Shown piece by piece: positions 9,242-18,673 of a DNA stretch of 64,000 bases; the stretch's first letter is position 1; each line of letters opens with the position of its first letter. The notes under the pieces were generated by a model. That model ran no database searches. It was not told where the DNA came from and saw only the letters and a list, made by a program, of their open reading frames with translations. The DNA is from Candidatus Magasanikiibacteriota bacterium (GTDB lineage Bacteria; Patescibacteriota; Patescibacteriia; Magasanikbacterales; UBA922): positions 35,486-99,485 of the forward strand of contig JABIFP010000005.1 in the NCBI GenBank assembly GCA_018650645.1. Reading direction: 5' to 3'. A program made the position numbers and the translations under genes.

Positions 9242-10720
9242 TTATTTTAATTTTCTTGTGCCTTCTTTTGGTTTCATACCATCAAGCGGCAATGCAATAA
9301 AGAAGGTTGTTCCTTTGTTCTCTTCAGATTCAAAATAAATAGTTCCACCTGAATTTTCAACAATTGATTTAACAATGTAAAGGCCTAATCCATTTCCCTC
9401 AACATCCATCGATTTAGCATTATCAGCCCGGAATAGTTTAGAGAAAATTTTGCTTTGTTCTTTTTTTGGGATACCGTATCCTGTATCTTTGAAAGTAATG
9501 TACACATGATTCTTTTTTGCCTTTTTTTTGCCAAGAGGCTTCATTGTAACGGAAATATCTACGCTTCCTTTTTCTGGAGTATATTTTACGGCATTACTGG
9601 TAAGATTTTGAAATACTATGCGAAGTAAATTTGAGTCCGCTTGCATAATAGGAACTTCTTTTTCAAAATGTGTTTTTAATTTCAGTTTCTTTTCTTTAAT
9701 TTTTGCTGTTAGTTCTGAAATTACGCTCTTGCTGAGCTTGGGTAAGTCAACATCAGAAAGCTCAACAGAAAATGTGCCCAGTTCGATACGAGAAACATTC
9801 AGAAGTGCGTTTACCAAATCGTTCATGTGTTGATTGCTTTCATATATCTGCTCAGTGTATTCCTTTTGCAGTTTGGTAAGTTTGCCTGTGTCTCCTGAGA
9901 GAATCATTTCAACATACCAGTTAATATTGGTAAGTGGTGTACGCAATTGATGAGATGCGAGTGAAACAAATTCTGTTTTAGCTTGATCAATTTCCTTTTC
10001 TTGAACAATATTTCTAAAGACGATTACCGACCCAACAATTTTTTTACCAAGTACATATGGAGTGACCGTAATGCTAACAGGGAACATCTCTCCCTTCTTT
10101 GGCTGATAGTAAAAACAGTGAGCAATAGAGGTTTTAATACGTTCTCCGGTTGCGAGTGCTTTTACGGTTGGGCGCTCATATACAGGAATGTCTTTTCCAT
10201 CTTCTTTTTTTACCGTTACTGCCTCTACCACAGGTTTTCCAATCATTTCATGGCTGGAATACCCAAGCAAATCTTCTGCAATTGTATTCATGAACAAAAT
10301 ATTTCCATCTTGATCCGTTGCAATTAGTCCATCTCCAATACTGGAAAGGATTGCCTCATTTTTTGATTGCTCTTTCTCACCGAGGATTGATTTTTTTTGT
10401 AAATCGTCAACCAACTCTGTCATTGTTGTGCGCGCAAGTTCAAGCTCCTCATTGCGTTTTGTTTCTTCAGAAAGTTTTGTGGCTAGTGTTTTGCTGTGTT
10501 TTTCGATGGCTTCAGAAATATATCGTGAGATGCTATAAAAAATAGCACTTGAAGTCACAATATATATTAAAGTTACCGAAAGAAATGATGGGGGAGATAT
10601 ACCTCGCTGAGCACTTTCTACTCCAAATACATAAAACAAAAGAATAGGGACAAGCATGAGCATTGCAAGCACGTGTCCAAAGAAGATTTTTGTGTAGATT
10701 CCTTTTGGTTGCGGTTCCAT
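9242..10720 (-). CDS. Membrane PAS sensor histidine kinase
   Basis: Two TMs, PAS (ILSSIGDGLIATD), H-box ASHQLRTP, NAVKYT, DTGYG, GNGLGL. Confidence 0.92.
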   Translation of the reverse strand: MEPQPKGIYTKIFFGHVLAMLMLVPILLFYVFGVESAQRGISPPSFLSVTLIYIVTSSAIFYSISRYISEAIEKHSKTLATKLSEETKRNEELELARTTMTELVDDLQKKSILGEKEQSKNEAILSSIGDGLIATDQDGNILFMNTIAEDLLGYSSHEMIGKPVVEAVTVKKEDGKDIPVYERPTVKALATGERIKTSIAHCFYYQPKKGEMFPVSITVTPYVLGKKIVGSVIVFRNIVQEKEIDQAKTEFVSLASHQLRTPLTNINWYVEMILSGDTGKLTKLQKEYTEQIYESNQHMNDLVNALLNVSRIELGTFSVELSDVDLPKLSKSVISELTAKIKEKKLKLKTHFEKEVPIMQADSNLLRIVFQNLTSNAVKYTPEKGSVDISVTMKPLGKKKAKKNHVYITFKDTGYGIPKKEQSKIFSKLFRADNAKSMDVEGNGLGLYIVKSIVENSGGTIYFESEENKGTTFFIALPLDGMKPKEGTRKLK

Positions 10721-10739
10721 GTGGTGCGCAATCAATAAA

Positions 10740-11105
10740 TTATTCGGAAACTTTTTCAATAACGGTGTTTATGATTTCGTCTACGGTGTGATCAGATTTT
10801 ACTAGGAAATCAACTACGTCATGTTCTAGCAGTTCTGCTTCTTTATTACTCAAGTTGGTGAGCATGATTACTTTTGCAGTTTTCCCCCATTTATCTTTGC
10901 GGAGCTCTTCTAACATTGAGATACCATCTTTTCTTGGCATGATAATATCAGCTAAAATGAGATCTGGATGCTCGGAAAGGGCTAGAGCCAATCCCTCTTC
11001 TCCGTTTTTTGCTAAAAGCACATTAAAACCTTCAGTTTTCAATTTTTCTGAAAGCAAGTGAGACTGAGGTGCCTCATCTTCTACCAAAAGAATTTTCTTA
11101 CTCAT
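10740..11105 (-). CDS. Single-domain response regulator
   Basis: ILLVEDE, DLILADIIMP, IMLTNL, FLVK. Confidence 0.9.
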   Translation of the reverse strand: MSKKILLVEDEAPQSHLLSEKLKTEGFNVLLAKNGEEGLALALSEHPDLILADIIMPRKDGISMLEELRKDKWGKTAKVIMLTNLSNKEAELLEHDVVDFLVKSDHTVDEIINTVIEKVSE

Positions 11106-11195
11106 AGAACGCAGTCATTAAATATAAACAAGTATACCACAATTTATGACCGTGATGATAAAGAAGTGCACAGTTATGCACTTTTTTTATAGAAG

Positions 11196-11221
11196 TGAAA
11201 GAAAATCTGCTATAGTGCGTA
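11196..11221 (+). promoter_or_regulatory. Putative autoregulatory ECF promoter
   Basis: TGAAAG-16 bp-CGTA; the same motif recurs at 12579-12604. Confidence 0.65.
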
Positions 11222-11244
11222 CTAGTATAGGTAATACAATATTT

Positions 11245-11823
11245 GTGACACACGCGGTTGCACAACTATCTGATGAGCAAGTAATTCCACATATTCTTAA
11301 AGACAGGGATTTATTTGCTGTGCTCGTGCAGCGATATGAAGAGAAACTCAGAAGATATATTCGGCGCATTATTGCCGTTTCAGAAGAAGATATTGAAGAT
11401 ATCTTACAGGAAGTGTTTATCTCGGTGTATAGAAACTTGCATGGATTTGATACGTCGCTTTCTTTTTCCTCTTGGATATATAGAATAGCGCATAATTATG
11501 TGCGATCACTGCACAGAAAGCGTTCAGTACGGCCAATTTCAGTCGAATTAACGCTGGATCACAGTAAAACAATTGCGGATTCAATCGATATAGCAAAGAC
11601 GTTTGATCAACAGGTGTTATCAGAGAATATTGCTACAGCAATGGCAAAGCTTCCGGATAAGTACAAAGAAGTGCTTATTTTGCAGTATTTAGAGCAAAAA
11701 GACTATAATGAAATAGCAGACATTATCAAAAAGCCTCCAGGCACGGTTGGAACCAGAATAAATCGAGCCAAAAAGAAGCTCAAAGCCCTATTAGCCCAGT
11801 TACCAGAGTCTTATGACCAATGA
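11245..11823 (+). CDS. ECF RNA polymerase sigma factor (SigW-like)
   Basis: Region 2 (EDILQEVF, FSSWIYRIAHN) and region 4 (YNEIADII...GTVGTRINRAK); GTG start inferred. Confidence 0.92.
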   Translation: MTHAVAQLSDEQVIPHILKDRDLFAVLVQRYEEKLRRYIRRIIAVSEEDIEDILQEVFISVYRNLHGFDTSLSFSSWIYRIAHNYVRSLHRKRSVRPISVELTLDHSKTIADSIDIAKTFDQQVLSENIATAMAKLPDKYKEVLILQYLEQKDYNEIADIIKKPPGTVGTRINRAKKKLKALLAQLPESYDQ

Positions 11824-12541
11824 ATTTGAAAAAAAGATCCTTGAAACGCTCAAGGAGAAAGATATCACCCCAAAGTCAAAGTGGGAATTCTTGGTGAAAG
11901 ATTCTATGTTTTGGTCACTTGCAGCGCTTACGGTGCTGCTTGGGGCGGTTTGCGTATCGGCAATTGCGGCAATTTTGCATTCTGGCGATTGGGATATTGT
12001 AGAAAAGTTGGGTCATTCACCAATGGGATATGTTATTGCGCTACTACCGCACGCGTGGGTAATCATATTGGTTGGGTTTATACTTCTTGCGGATTATTAT
12101 GTGCGGCATACAAAAAAGGGATACACCTATTCGCTTTTGGCTATTGTTGCTGTGGTCGTCATAGCGAGTATTGCGCTTGGACTTCTCCTCTTTAGAGTTG
12201 GGGTTGGGCATGATGTTGACGAATTTTTGGCAGAGCGAGTTCCTCATTATAATCAATATGGAAATAAGCGTGAATTGTTCCTATTTCACCCAGAAAGTGG
12301 TGTAATTGCGGGGAAAGTCATCATGATACAGGGAGATAATTGGAATGTTGTTGATAAGCAAAAGCAAAACTGGCATATAGAAACAGAGGAGGCACGTATT
12401 TGGGGAAAGCAACGGATTCGTGTAGGAATGCATGTACGCATTGAGGGAGAAATAGAGGATGATACAGTGGAAGCAGAATATATCAAACCACTTCGACCAC
12501 CAAGACATATGCGTTTTAGGGAGCCGGCAATGGCACAATAG
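11813..12541 (+). CDS. Multi-TM membrane protein, putative anti-sigma factor
   Basis: Overlaps the sigma gene stop; three hydrophobic segments and a C-terminal beta-rich soluble domain. Confidence 0.55.
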   Translation: MTNEFEKKILETLKEKDITPKSKWEFLVKDSMFWSLAALTVLLGAVCVSAIAAILHSGDWDIVEKLGHSPMGYVIALLPHAWVIILVGFILLADYYVRHTKKGYTYSLLAIVAVVVIASIALGLLLFRVGVGHDVDEFLAERVPHYNQYGNKRELFLFHPESGVIAGKVIMIQGDNWNVVDKQKQNWHIETEEARIWGKQRIRVGMHVRIEGEIEDDTVEAEYIKPLRPPRHMRFREPAMAQ

Positions 12542-12573
12542 AAAAAATATCGCTGTAATAAGCGATATTTTTT
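12542..12573 (+). terminator. Intrinsic terminator
   Basis: AAAAAATATCGCT-N6-AGCGATATTTTTT. Confidence 0.7.
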
Positions 12574-12578
12574 ATTTT

Positions 12579-12604
12579 TGAAAGAAAATTATGAGAGCGG
12601 CGTA
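12579..12604 (+). promoter_or_regulatory. Putative ECF target promoter
   Basis: TGAAAG-16 bp-CGTA, about 50 bp upstream of the ATG at 12656. Confidence 0.65.
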
Positions 12605-12655
12605 TTACTAAGCAGAAGGGCGCAACTTCTTATAGATAATATATAAAAGACGAGT

Positions 12656-13474
12656 ATGAAGATTGATATAAAAAAACACAAAAAGAATATCGCGATTGGA
12701 ACACTTGGTGCAGCATTAATTCTCTCGAGTGGTCTGGTAGTAGTTTCTGCAGCCGAGCATGAGAGAGAAGGAAAACATGATAGAGGTGAGCATGGTGAGG
12801 CTATGCACGAGTTTCATGAGGCTGCTGTAGAAGGAGACTACGCAGAATATAAAGAACTTATTGAAGAAGGTGAATTGCCAGATCGCATGTCAGGCTTTTC
12901 TGAAGCTGAGTTTGCACAAATTGGTGAGATGATTACTTTGCATAAGGCAGGTGATAAAGAAGGTGCTGAAGCAATTCGCGATTCACTTGGATTGCCAGAA
13001 CATAAAGCCGGGCAGCGCAGAATGCACAAACAATTTGAAAACGTAACATTTGAAGATTGGCAAAATCGACTAGAAGAGAAGGGCGTTGATACTGAAAAAC
13101 TTACACAAGAGACGTTTGATGCATTTACTGCAGCAAGAGGTGATAGAGAAGCAATGACAACACTCCATGAATCACTTGGTATTGAAGCGCCGGAAAAGCG
13201 AGGTGATCGAGCACAAAAAGGAGAAAAATTACAGAGATTATTGGAATCAGATTATGAGCAGTGGTCGGAAAACGCGGCTGAAAGAGGAATGAATGAGCAG
13301 CAAATTACACCGGAAGTGTTTGCGGGATTACAGCAAGCGGCAACATTATTTGAAGCCGGAGATAAAGACGGAGCAAAAACAGTACTTGATGAACTTGGGA
13401 TTGAAAAACCAGAAGGACTTCACAAAAAAGATGGAAGCAGACGTGGTAATAGGGTAGACAAGCAAGGAAGATAA
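12656..13474 (+). CDS. Secreted helical repeat protein with a His/Glu-rich N-terminus
   Basis: Signal peptide and three GD(K/R)(E/D)...LG(L/I) repeats. Confidence 0.7.
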   Translation: MKIDIKKHKKNIAIGTLGAALILSSGLVVVSAAEHEREGKHDRGEHGEAMHEFHEAAVEGDYAEYKELIEEGELPDRMSGFSEAEFAQIGEMITLHKAGDKEGAEAIRDSLGLPEHKAGQRRMHKQFENVTFEDWQNRLEEKGVDTEKLTQETFDAFTAARGDREAMTTLHESLGIEAPEKRGDRAQKGEKLQRLLESDYEQWSENAAERGMNEQQITPEVFAGLQQAATLFEAGDKDGAKTVLDELGIEKPEGLHKKDGSRRGNRVDKQGR

Positions 13475-13571
13475 CCTTATTGCCACAAGCATGGACCCGC
13501 AATGCGCGCCCTCTCCCCTGGGGTGCGTTTTGTATTGAATTATTCTCTATATTTGGTATAGTTTGAGCACT

Positions 13572-14672
13572 ATGAAAAAGAAAAAAGTACTTATCGTGTC
13601 TGTCTCTGCTGGTTCTGGTCATGTGCGAGCAGCGCAAGCAATTGAACAGGCGGCTGCTGCGTTTCCAAATGCTAAGGTTCAGCATATTGATATGATGGAT
13701 TATGTCTCTGCACCGCTCAAGACAACAATTGTTGATGTATATGAGCAGCTTATTAAGCGTGCCCCGCAATTGTGGCGCTACTTATATGATAAGGCTGATG
13801 AAACAAATCGGATGAATCAATTTTACTCGCTCAGTAAATCAGTGAATCGGGTAAATGCACGCGCATTTTATGCATTTGTAAGCTCGTTTAAACCGGACCA
13901 TGTGATTTGTACACATTCATTTCCGGCACAGGTGCTTCGGCAGGCAAAAGATCCGGAGCTGCACGGAGTTCCCGTTAGTTTAGTAGTCACAGATTATGGC
14001 CTTCACCGTTTTTGGATAGTAAGTGATGTTGCACAGTATTTTGTGGCAACAAAGAAAATTGCTTGGGAGTTGCAACAGCATGGGGTAAACAAAAAATCGA
14101 TTGTTGTTTCGGGAATTCCTGTTGATGCGGCGTTTGCAAAGCGAGCAAATCAAAAACAAATGCGAACAACGTTAGGCCTGCCAGAAAAAAAGACGGTGCT
14201 CATAATGGGCGGGGGAGTTGGTTCCGTGCAAATGGATGATATCGTGAGTTTGTTAAGAGATCAGAAAGATAGTAAACCTCTGCATGTTATTGCCATAGCT
14301 GGGAAAAATGAGAAGTTGCTCAAGCGTTTACGAGCGCAAGAAAAAATCAAATCGCCTGTATCTATTTCTGCATTTGGGTGGAGCAACAACATTGCTGAAT
14401 TTATGGAAGCCGCAGATATTGTAGTGACAAAATCTGGTGGGCTGACAACATCAGAATGTATTGCCAGAAAAAGAATGATGGTTGTTGTTGAGCCGGTACC
14501 TGGGCAAGAAGAAAGAAATGCAGAATTTATTTTGGAACATGGGCTAGGGTTAGTAGCCAGATCTGCAGCAGATTTGTTATATGCACTTACACAAAAAAAG
14601 GAGTACGCACCAACATATAAAGTGCAACCTGCAAAAGCAGCGGCAACCATAATGAAGCGTGTCCTTGCGTAA
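13572..14672 (+). CDS. MGDG synthase/UgtP-like GT28 glycosyltransferase
   Basis: GSGHVRAA, ICTHSFP, VVTDY, TKSGGLTTSE, PGQEERNA. Confidence 0.88.
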   Translation: MKKKKVLIVSVSAGSGHVRAAQAIEQAAAAFPNAKVQHIDMMDYVSAPLKTTIVDVYEQLIKRAPQLWRYLYDKADETNRMNQFYSLSKSVNRVNARAFYAFVSSFKPDHVICTHSFPAQVLRQAKDPELHGVPVSLVVTDYGLHRFWIVSDVAQYFVATKKIAWELQQHGVNKKSIVVSGIPVDAAFAKRANQKQMRTTLGLPEKKTVLIMGGGVGSVQMDDIVSLLRDQKDSKPLHVIAIAGKNEKLLKRLRAQEKIKSPVSISAFGWSNNIAEFMEAADIVVTKSGGLTTSECIARKRMMVVVEPVPGQEERNAEFILEHGLGLVARSAADLLYALTQKKEYAPTYKVQPAKAAATIMKRVLA

Positions 14673-14680
14673 ATATTCAG

Positions 14681-14716
14681 TAATAAAAAAACTGCCTTTC
14701 GGCAGCTTTTTTATTA
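14681..14716. terminator. Bidirectional terminator at the end of the pilin array
   Basis: TAATAAAAAAACTGCC-TTTC-GGCAGCTTTTTTATTA. Confidence 0.75.
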
Positions 14717-15235
14717 TTTGAGATATACACCATTGTTCCCATCAGCAGAAGGAGGAAGGGGAGAAAAGGCATTAATTCCTCTGTTTGATGGATCAGGGTT
14801 TGGATGTTGTTCTTTTTGTATTTCGATATAGTCACCGCTTCGTTTTTCGTCTCCGGTAGCCAGAGTAAAGGCAAGTAGTGTGAGGGAGTAGGCACTGAGG
14901 ACAACGGCCATACCAATTACACCGTTTCTAACGGTCTTTTTTCCGGTATCAACTCGTTCTTGGTTCCCTTGTGCGGTCATAATCATGTATCCCCCAAAGA
15001 TAATATAAGAGAGAACAATAATACCCAAAAATCCGAGAGCCAGGCGAATAATAAAGGCCGCAACCGCTCTAGGGTCAGTTGGCCGCTCAAATCCGGCCCC
15101 GTCGTCACCGGCAGTTGCCTGCAGTTGCCGCGAGAGGTCGTCTGTATAGCTTCCTTGTGCGTGAATTGGTGCAAGTGGGGTAAATATACCAAAACACAGT
15201 GCAATGCTCAGCAAAAGGGTAGTAATGCGTCTCAT
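14714..15235 (-). CDS. TrbC/VirB2-like pilin 1
   Basis: Signal peptide, then TM-GGYMIMTAQGNQERVDTGK-TM core. Confidence 0.78.
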   Translation of the reverse strand: MRRITTLLLSIALCFGIFTPLAPIHAQGSYTDDLSRQLQATAGDDGAGFERPTDPRAVAAFIIRLALGFLGIIVLSYIIFGGYMIMTAQGNQERVDTGKKTVRNGVIGMAVVLSAYSLTLLAFTLATGDEKRSGDYIEIQKEQHPNPDPSNRGINAFSPLPPSADGNNGVYLK

Positions 15236-15243
15236 AGGTGGTA

Positions 15244-15699
15244 TTATCCTCCCCATTCATCAAAAAGAGTGTCATACGTTTCGCCATCAGGGGTAGTTTG
15301 GCGAATTTGTTCATTTCTGTCTAAACTAGTTTGTGTTATTTTTCCAATGAGTAGGGTAATAGAGTAGGCTCCAAGTACTACGATGAGCCCAATAACAGCG
15401 GTTCTGATGGTTGTTTGCGCTTTTTCTACCTTAGCTTCTTCACCCTTTGCGGTTGCCCACCAAAATCCAGCCATTACCATGAGGATAGTGAATCCGATAC
15501 CTACAACGCTGAGGCCGATTTTGATAACAGAAGTAATGATTTCTTGCGGATCTGCAGAACCGTCAACACCCGCTGTTTGCTCAGAGGCTTTTACTTGTCC
15601 AGAGATTTGTTGGCCAAGAGACTGTTGGGCAAGCGCCGGTGAGGGCAACATGACCAGTAGTGCAAGTGCGGCAGAGATTGTGAGGAAGAGTTTTTTCAT
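15244..15699 (-). CDS. TrbC/VirB2-like pilin 2
   Basis: Signal peptide; AGFWWATAKGEEAKVEKAQ...GAYSIT core. Confidence 0.8.
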   Translation of the reverse strand: MKKLFLTISAALALLVMLPSPALAQQSLGQQISGQVKASEQTAGVDGSADPQEIITSVIKIGLSVVGIGFTILMVMAGFWWATAKGEEAKVEKAQTTIRTAVIGLIVVLGAYSITLLIGKITQTSLDRNEQIRQTTPDGETYDTLFDEWGG

Positions 15700-15710
15700 A
15701 GCTGTTTTTT

Positions 15711-16316
15711 TTATCTGCAGAGACCTGCACGAACTTCAGAATATGATGCTGTGCCTACACTTTCTAATCTCACCTGACCTTCACATGCATCTTGAGCTAG
15801 TGCAGGATCTACACCTGTAGTGGCAAATTTTCTACAGTCAACATTGTTGTTTGGCGGACATACCTCGCAACAACCCACCATTTCTCCTCCCGCCTGTTCT
15901 GCCGCTCCGCCACCGGTAGGTTGCCCACCAGCGGTTCGTTCTACAATTCTTGGGACAACAAAGTTGGTAATTGAGTATGAACCAACGGTAATAATTAATC
16001 CAATAACTGCCGTACGCAAAATTCCTTGCGCCTTTTCTACAGCAGATGAGTCCCCGCGTGCATTCATCCAAATGAACCCAGCATAAATGGTGAGGAGTAA
16101 GAAAATCGTTCCCACAAAAGACAGTGCGATCTTAATGACGGAACCAATCGTCTGCGCCAGTGTTGTGTCATTTGTTGCGCCGCTGTATCCCCCCTGTGTT
16201 GCGGCACCTGTGGCGAGTTTTCTACCCAAATCGATTGCTTGCGCATCTACTACAAGGAGGAGGGCCGTAAGTGTTCCTGCTGCACCAGCAAGAGCGAGAA
16301 TTTGTTTCTTATTCAT
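15711..16316 (-). CDS. TrbC/VirB2-like pilin 3 with a 6-Cys C-terminal domain
   Basis: YAGFIWMNARGDSSAVEKAQ core, Gly linker, CCEVC... tail. Confidence 0.8.
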   Translation of the reverse strand: MNKKQILALAGAAGTLTALLLVVDAQAIDLGRKLATGAATQGGYSGATNDTTLAQTIGSVIKIALSFVGTIFLLLTIYAGFIWMNARGDSSAVEKAQGILRTAVIGLIITVGSYSITNFVVPRIVERTAGGQPTGGGAAEQAGGEMVGCCEVCPPNNNVDCRKFATTGVDPALAQDACEGQVRLESVGTASYSEVRAGLCR

Positions 16317-16328
16317 AATGTTGCAACA

Positions 16329-16703
16329 TTAGCCGGCAGCTTCAAGCCGTGAAGTAATAAGCGTGGTAATTGCAAATGCGCTCAGCACAACAACAATACC
16401 AATAAGTGAATTTGAAATAATTTTCTTTGCTTTATCTACCTGCGCTTCTTCTCCTCGTGCGGTCATCCAAAGGTATCCAGCGTAAATCATGAGGAGTAAA
16501 AAGATAAGTCCAACGGTGGTGAGGAAGGTGTTAATAACAGTTCCTACAATTACGTCTGGGCTTTCTTGTTGTACACCCGCTTGTCCAGCAGATCGCTTTA
16601 ACAGGGAAGAGGCATTATTCAAATTCCCTTGTGCTAACACTGGCGCAAACATCAGTGTTGTCAGCATAAGTGAAAGAGCAATCACTTTCAGTTTTTTCAT
16701 CAT
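16329..16703 (-). CDS. TrbC/VirB2-like pilin 4 (minimal form)
   Basis: YAGYLWMTARGEEAQVDKAK core with no tail. Confidence 0.82.
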   Translation of the reverse strand: MMKKLKVIALSLMLTTLMFAPVLAQGNLNNASSLLKRSAGQAGVQQESPDVIVGTVINTFLTTVGLIFLLLMIYAGYLWMTARGEEAQVDKAKKIISNSLIGIVVVLSAFAITTLITSRLEAAG

Positions 16704-16718
16704 ATAGGGATGTTAAAA

Positions 16719-17315
16719 TTATCCTCCGCAGCGAGCATCGCAGCTTGCTCCGTCAAGATTTGGAACCCAAACACGTGGATGTGATCGAGTATCATCTTGA
16801 GCATCTAAATCATTTGCAATTTGTTGACAGTTTGTCTCAGTATCTAATCGGCAGGCCATAATATCTGGGCCAGTTTCAATAACGCAGCAACCAAGTGCTG
16901 CATCACCAACTTGTCCAGCTGCTGGTGGTGGGGTAGAGCCTGAGCGGTCAATTAATCTTGAAGTAATAAGCGTTGTAATGGCATAGGCACTTACAACAAT
17001 ACTGATACCAATGACGGCAGCAGTAATGGTGCTTTTTGCTTTTTCTACTTGTGCTTCTTCTCCACGGGCAGTCATCCAGAGGAATCCTCCATAGACCATA
17101 AGGACTAGGAAGATAATACCAACAGCGCTGAGGAACAGTTTGATAAGCACCCCACTACTTGTAGCAAGGTCAGTTGTTTCAAGTCCCGTTGGTTCTGTTA
17201 CGGTATTTAAAAATCGAGTGGAATCACCTATTTTGAGCTGCGCTGCTGAAGCTGAAGATGGAAGCAGGAAGGCTGCCAGTAAAAGTGTGAGAATGAGTGA
17301 TTTCCAGAATTTCAT
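16719..17315 (-). CDS. TrbC/VirB2-like pilin 5 with a 6-Cys C-terminal domain
   Basis: YGGFLWMTARGEEAQVEKAK core; GCCVIE... tail. Confidence 0.8.
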   Translation of the reverse strand: MKFWKSLILTLLLAAFLLPSSASAAQLKIGDSTRFLNTVTEPTGLETTDLATSSGVLIKLFLSAVGIIFLVLMVYGGFLWMTARGEEAQVEKAKSTITAAVIGISIVVSAYAITTLITSRLIDRSGSTPPPAAGQVGDAALGCCVIETGPDIMACRLDTETNCQQIANDLDAQDDTRSHPRVWVPNLDGASCDARCGG

Positions 17316-17338
17316 AAAGGTGTTGGCAATAAAAAGGT

Positions 17339-17932
17339 TTACCCAATACATTGATAGAAAATATCTAAGCAGTTGACTTCACAATCAACGTCGTCATTAC
17401 ATTCAGGTACACAGGCTTCGTAGGGTGTATTACAGCTTAAATATTTTGGTTTGGTAACGCATTTCAAATATTCGGGACCTCGTGTAATTCTTTGACAAGA
17501 ATCATTAGCACCACACGCTTGAGAGGCAAGGCTATCGCAACTTGCTGAAGAATTGGCAACGGCTCCACCACCTCCACCAACAGAGTTAAAGACAAAACTC
17601 GTAATTGCATATGCACCAAGGACTAAGATAAGTCCAATGATTGCAGCAATGATAGTGTCTTTTGCTTTTGTAACCAGTTCTTCTTTTCCATGAGCAGTCA
17701 TCCAAAGGAATCCTCCATAAATCATCAGTACAAAGAAAACGACACCAATAACAGAAAGGGCAGTACCAACAATGGCACCCGTAAGAGTTGGTAAATCTTT
17801 TCCGTAAGCTGCAAGTCCTGATCGATTTGCTGTAGCATCAAGACCATAGTTTCCGGCAGCGAGTGCTGGAGCTACGGTGATTGGAAGCGCTAGGGTGCTT
17901 ACGGCTAGAGTATAAAAAAGTTTCTTAAGCAT
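17339..17932 (-). CDS. TrbC/VirB2-like pilin 6 with a 10-Cys C-terminal domain
   Basis: YGGFLWMTAHGKEELVTKAK core; GGGGG linker; Cys-rich tail. Confidence 0.8.
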   Translation of the reverse strand: MLKKLFYTLAVSTLALPITVAPALAAGNYGLDATANRSGLAAYGKDLPTLTGAIVGTALSVIGVVFFVLMIYGGFLWMTAHGKEELVTKAKDTIIAAIIGLILVLGAYAITSFVFNSVGGGGGAVANSSASCDSLASQACGANDSCQRITRGPEYLKCVTKPKYLSCNTPYEACVPECNDDVDCEVNCLDIFYQCIG

Positions 17933-17940
17933 AGGGAATA

Positions 17941-18672
17941 TTAAGGTTGATCAGGAACAATATCTAGTGGTGCGGGGTTGTTATTGAGAATGTCATCTTC
18001 CCTGTCATTGTCATTGGGTATCCGATCTTCAACATTTCCAACCTCCGCATCAAGGCCTAAATCAAGATCAGAATTACGAAGTACGCATCGTTCATCGCTA
18101 CACATTAGGGCATCACCACCTTGCGGACCAATACAATCAGAATCTTGTGCACAAGCAACTCCCAAAATCGATTTACATTGTCCTGCATCACAATAAGAAT
18201 CACTATCAGGACAGTCAAAGTCTGTACTACAGGCCGTTATGGGTGGATTTGTGCTTCCTGCCCCTCCACTTGGCGTCCCCGCACTATTAAACACTAAATT
18301 CGTTACCGCATACGCCACTAAAATAACCACTACACCAATGATCGCTGCCGTTACAGATTCTTTTGCTTTATTAATGAGTGTTTCGTCTCCTCTTGCGGTC
18401 ATCCAGATAAATCCGGCGTATACTATTATGATAAAGAAGAGTACGCCAAGCAGTGAAAGCGCGTTGGCTATAATTCTTCCGGCTAGTTGCAAGAGTGCTG
18501 GGCCATTTTTTTCATTAATTGATTTGTCTGCAAGTTCTGCGGTTGCTACTGTTTCTCTTAATCCTGCGGCTGGATTTGATTGCACTGCAGAAACGGTCAT
18601 TGGCAAAAGTAATGCAAGACCGCATACACTTAGCAGCAATAATCGAGTAAAACTATGCAGGCGTAAGAACAT
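17941..18672 (-). CDS. TrbC/VirB2-like pilin 7 with an 8-Cys domain and acidic tail
   Basis: YAGFIWMTARGDETLINKAK core; two C-x5-C...C-x4-C modules. Confidence 0.8.
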   Translation of the reverse strand: MFLRLHSFTRLLLLSVCGLALLLPMTVSAVQSNPAAGLRETVATAELADKSINEKNGPALLQLAGRIIANALSLLGVLFFIIIVYAGFIWMTARGDETLINKAKESVTAAIIGVVVILVAYAVTNLVFNSAGTPSGGAGSTNPPITACSTDFDCPDSDSYCDAGQCKSILGVACAQDSDCIGPQGGDALMCSDERCVLRNSDLDLGLDAEVGNVEDRIPNDNDREDDILNNNPAPLDIVPDQP

Positions 18673-18673
18673 A

